Shown here: piece after piece, positions 44,375-47,986 of the stretch | Layout of the letters: each line of letters starts with the position of its first letter | Position numbering within the stretch: position 1 is the stretch's first letter | DNA from: Catajapyx aquilonaris | Lineage: Eukaryota | DNA: 47,986 nt | Assembly (NCBI GenBank): GCA_000934665.2 | Contig: JYFJ02002977.1 | Location: forward strand, 1-47,986 | Direction: 5' to 3' | Program-made: the position numbers and the translations under genes | The notes under the pieces: model-generated | The model's input: only the letters and a program-made list of their open reading frames with translations | Databases searched by the model: none | Told to the model about the DNA's origin: nothing

Positions 44375-47300
44375 ATGGCCGGGAAACTGAAGGTCATTTT
44401 AGCCTTCATATGTCTGGCAGTTGCTGCTGAAGTGGTGCAGAGCCAGCAGTGTCGTGAGGGAGGTTAGTACATTATATGTATTGTAGGTACTCGTTTTACG
44501 CCTCTCCATTTTGCGCGCCGTTTCACATTAACGCCGGTTTGAAAATGACATTTCAAAAAATTTGAATTGAAATATTGTCAAAAATATGATGAGAACAACA
44601 CAATTTGAACATACACACATCACTGCAACACCTCTGAGTCCAAACACATGGATACAAAATATGCCTTCTTTTGTATTTCGTGGTGTGCCTTGTGTGTGGT
44701 CTATCGATAAGTACAGTATACCGTATTGTTGGCCTCGGCCCTTAGGCTCGGCACTTTCGAAGTCTGTTAAATACCCTACGTCTACTGCAGTTCTTGCCAA
44801 AGAAGGGGAAAAAGATGCATCAGAACCCGATGACCCGCAATCTGGAACATCCCATTAAATGTGCATAATATATAATATTATGTTTCAAATATTCCGAATT
44901 AAAAACAGCAATTTAAGAACTGTCTGAGGGAAAATTTTGGAAATCTTGGAACCGATCGCATTTACTTTCATTATAATTTTGTCTCGTTTTACGCCTTTTC
45001 ATTTTACGCCGCATTTTTCTGGAACCAATTAACGGCGTAAAAAGGGTACTGCCTGTATTACACATAATGCAAGTTTGAAACTTACCAGAATCCTCATTGC
45101 AAGGTCAGCCGGAATATTATCCTACATAAGGTGTTTCAGTGATTCAGACAAAAGATGACTTTACAGTCATGTTAGCGTCATTCAGTCTTCGCAGGCTCGT
45201 TACTTATATTATTTAAGCCATATTGCAATAACTCATTGTGATTGTGCAGCCTAAGCAATTTCATGATTCACCTAGTGGTAGTAATTTAAATTAATATTTA
45301 AAATATTATTCAAATGAAACGTTAAAGTCGTACAGAGGGATGGAAAATACCAGGATAGTTTATTACTTGTGATAGAAAACTCATTATCTGCATGAAACTT
45401 GATATGCGTTCTTCAGGAGAGCTAATTGACGACGGGAGCTGTCCCGCAGCTGGCACATACGACGTAACAATTGATGGCGTTTTGCATCATTGCCAATGCT
45501 GTGGTAACTACGCGTGCTGCTATGAAGTAAACGAGGGTAAGTGTACGCTCTATTAACATTTCCATGTACCGTTCCACTTCATTTGCAATTTCAGTACAGT
45601 ATAATTTTTTTTTATGCGTGCGTCTGTTATTTCATGAACATATGTAGGGGTAAACCATACAGTTATGGGCTACCATACAGTAATGAGCCACTTATAGTAA
45701 TCTTATTCATAATGTGTGTAGTGAAAGTAGTAATCATTCTTTTGCCCATGGGTGGCTGCACTGCATTGTTGGACGAATGTTGTGTACAATTTTTTCCAGG
45801 TTGGACTTTCATGAAGGTCGCCAGAGCCTCGCATCTCTGGGTCACTTCCAGCAAGGCACTTCCAGAGGAGTAGCACTGCAGTTAGTCATAAGTTACATGG
45901 GTTTTCGTCACTCCAGGTTTCCGCCGGATGTCAATTTGCATGGCTAGGGTAGACTCCATAGTTTCATATTTTGTAGATAATGACGAGTCAGTATAGATAG
46001 CATGAGTAGAAGGAGTGGCCCACAACTGTGTGGATCAAAACCATCACTTTACAGTAATGGGCATACCCCATAAATAAATAAAGTCTGCCATCATATAATT
46101 TTACACATGGTTAGAAGAACATATGACATACTTGGACATGATATTTTGCATTTACACATACATAAGCGTTTTCAGTTACCAGGATACTTTGCTTCAGCAC
46201 CTGTATATTAGCCTATACGCTTAGCCTGAATCACTTCATCCAATAGTGCCCCTTGACTCTACCCAACATATTGAATAAGGGGAAACAAGGAGGTAGACAC
46301 CCCCAGAAGTGGGCAGGTATAGGTGAATGTGACAATCATGACGGAATTTCAGGTGAGAAGGTCATCTGTTCTTAACGAAATTTTTTTAGGTTCCGTAATT
46401 CCGGAGTAAATGCATCTTTCACGCAAATGATCATTAAAACTTGAAAAATTGCTGAGACAGTAGGAAACAGTGCTGGGCAACACCCTGCACCACGCAAGTG
46501 AGCTAAACAACAATATAACTTAGTTCCTACAATTAGGTGGCCTCCCACCACTGTCCCAAAGGCGGCCCATAACTGTAAAAAGTGGCCCATAACTGTACCT
46601 TTGTGACTCTTTTGGAACTTTTCATTACCAAAAATGACAGTAGGTAAAGGAGAATTTCAAAATTACAATTGCTCCTTGAAAGAGAACATTCTAAAGATTC
46701 AAAAGAAGAAAAAATCAAACTGCAGATGTAATTACTGTGGGTCTTGTGACGATGTGAACTTGGAAAATTTCTTAAGTGGCCCATAACTGTATGGTTTACC
46801 CCTATATTTTATGCCCAGGTACATATAAAGAACAATACGCGCATAGATTGGCAGGACTTCAGAAACACTTGAATACTGACTGAAACAATTCACGAACTTG
46901 GTTAACTCATTCCTGAATTATCGAATTTAAAAAGAGGCGTAAAAATCTAGATGAGAACTTATATTATGTAGTTCAGTGCACATACACTGATTGTAATATA
47001 GCTACGTAGACGTAAAATAATACTAGACTAATGATATTCTTCTTGCAATGACAGCTACTCATGAACATAAACAAAAAAGCAGTCGAACTGGTGGCCATGC
47101 AAGAAGCGGCCATCGTAGGGTCCAGCCTGGAGGAGGAAGAGGGCGTAGTGGTGGGCACAGGCCAGTGAGCAGTCACTCTGGTGGACGACATGGAGGGCAA
47201 AATGGTGGAGGCCATGCGGGACAAGGAAGTCAGCATGGGCATCGCCCGAGCTCTGGAAGCCATAATCACGGCGGTGGAAGTAATCAGCATAATGATGGGT

Positions 47301-47527
47301 CGCACAACAGTCATGAGCAGCATGATAATAGCCACGAGCAACATAACGACGAAAACGGAGGCGGGGGTGGAGGTAGCAACGGAGGCGGCGGCGGTGACGG
47401 AGCTGGTGGTGGTGACGGAGGTGGTGGTGGTGACGGAGGCGGCGGCGGAGCATTGGGAGGCGGAGGAGGCAGTGGAGGTGGTTTGGGTGGGGGTTTGGGT
47501 GGGGGTGGTATAGGGATAGGTCGTTAG
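44375..47527 (+). CDS. Secreted protein F2: signal peptide, 7-Cys domain, Gly/His-rich tail; about 226 aa
   Basis: Exons 44375-44462 (MAGKLKVILAFICLAVAAEVVQSQQCREG), 45417-45536 (GELIDDGSCPAAGTYDVTIDGVLHHCQCCGNYACCYEVNE) and 47055-47527. GT-AG phase 1 introns. The ORF is intact and its indels relative to F1 preserve the frame. Confidence 0.85.
44484..45055. mobile_element. Degenerate pogo/Tigger-like MITE in an F2 intron
   Basis: GTACTCGTTTTACGCC ... GGCGTAAAAAGGGTAC-TGCCTG-TA, with internal TTTTACGCC repeats. Absent from the F1 intron. Confidence 0.55.
45645..46804. mobile_element. Non-autonomous DNA transposon with perfect 26-bp TIRs in an F2 intron
   Basis: TAGGGGTAAACCATACAGTTATGGGC (45645-45670) is the reverse complement of 46779-46804. 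Subterminal repeats GGCCCATAACTGTA at about 46564 and 46584. Absent from the F1 intron. Confidence 0.82.
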
Positions 47528-47651
47528 TCTTCAGTGCCATGTCCAGGAGAAATGGAATATTGGAATAACCTCATACAATCATGTTAATTGTCTACATTCA
47601 GTTGCTTCTGGTGTAGATATTGATGTCATCGGCATTGGAATTTACTGTATA

Positions 47652-47687
47652 AATAAATCACAGAGCATGCAAACTGATTTCTTTATT
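47652..47687. terminator. Opposed polyadenylation signals after F2
   Basis: AATAAA on the plus strand at 47652-47657 and on the minus strand at 47682-47687. Confidence 0.55.
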
Positions 47688-47986
47688 GTCCGTCAAAACT
47701 CCTATTTAGGAAGACATGTAGGTCTAGTTGCCTGTCCACTGTCAAATGACTTCTCGAAAGACGAAGTCGAGGGAAAAAGACGGAAAAAGAGGCCCGACTC
47801 CGATTGGCGAATCCGAAGATCAAGGTCAGGGGTTCATGTCAAGGACTCCTGCTTAGACGACCATGAGAGTTTCGGTGTTCCTCAGGTACACGACGGAACT
47901 TCTATGCCTATGGCCCTACTGCAACTTTTTAGTAGCAAAATAGGCAGCCAATTACCAGCAGGTGCCGAGCAGGTGTATCGTGGTTG

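Larger units (their letters stand above)
40066..47867 (+). repeat. Tandem segmental duplication, copy 2
   Basis: Collinear with 29745-37667. The left end is approximate and is interrupted by insertions at 40165-41261. Confidence 0.88.

Overview
Intron-containing, AT-rich eukaryotic (metazoan, probably arthropod) genomic DNA, not prokaryotic. I assembled eight spliced protein-coding genes by hand from splice signals and exon phase. Minus strand: a CHMP4/Snf7 (ESCRT-III) gene, then two tandem Ldh_2-family (YjmC/AllD/ComC-type) dehydrogenase paralogs, only one of which has a mitochondrial-presequence-like extension. Plus strand: three highly diverged type I membrane proteins (signal peptide, CUB-like, atypical LDLa, TM, PPxY tail). 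These are followed by a ~8 kb tandem duplication carrying two copies of a secreted protein I do not recognise, made of a small Cys-rich domain plus a blocky Arg/His/Asp-Gly-rich tail ending in Gly-Arg. Introns and intergenic DNA carry many non-autonomous elements (foldback MITEs of several superfamilies, two tRNA-derived SINE families, a retroposon 3' end). I found no rRNA, true tRNA or CRISPR array. Most entries in the six-frame ORF track are antisense shadows or exon read-throughs. Gene models are manual and unconfirmed by transcripts, and domain names come from motif recognition, not database searches.
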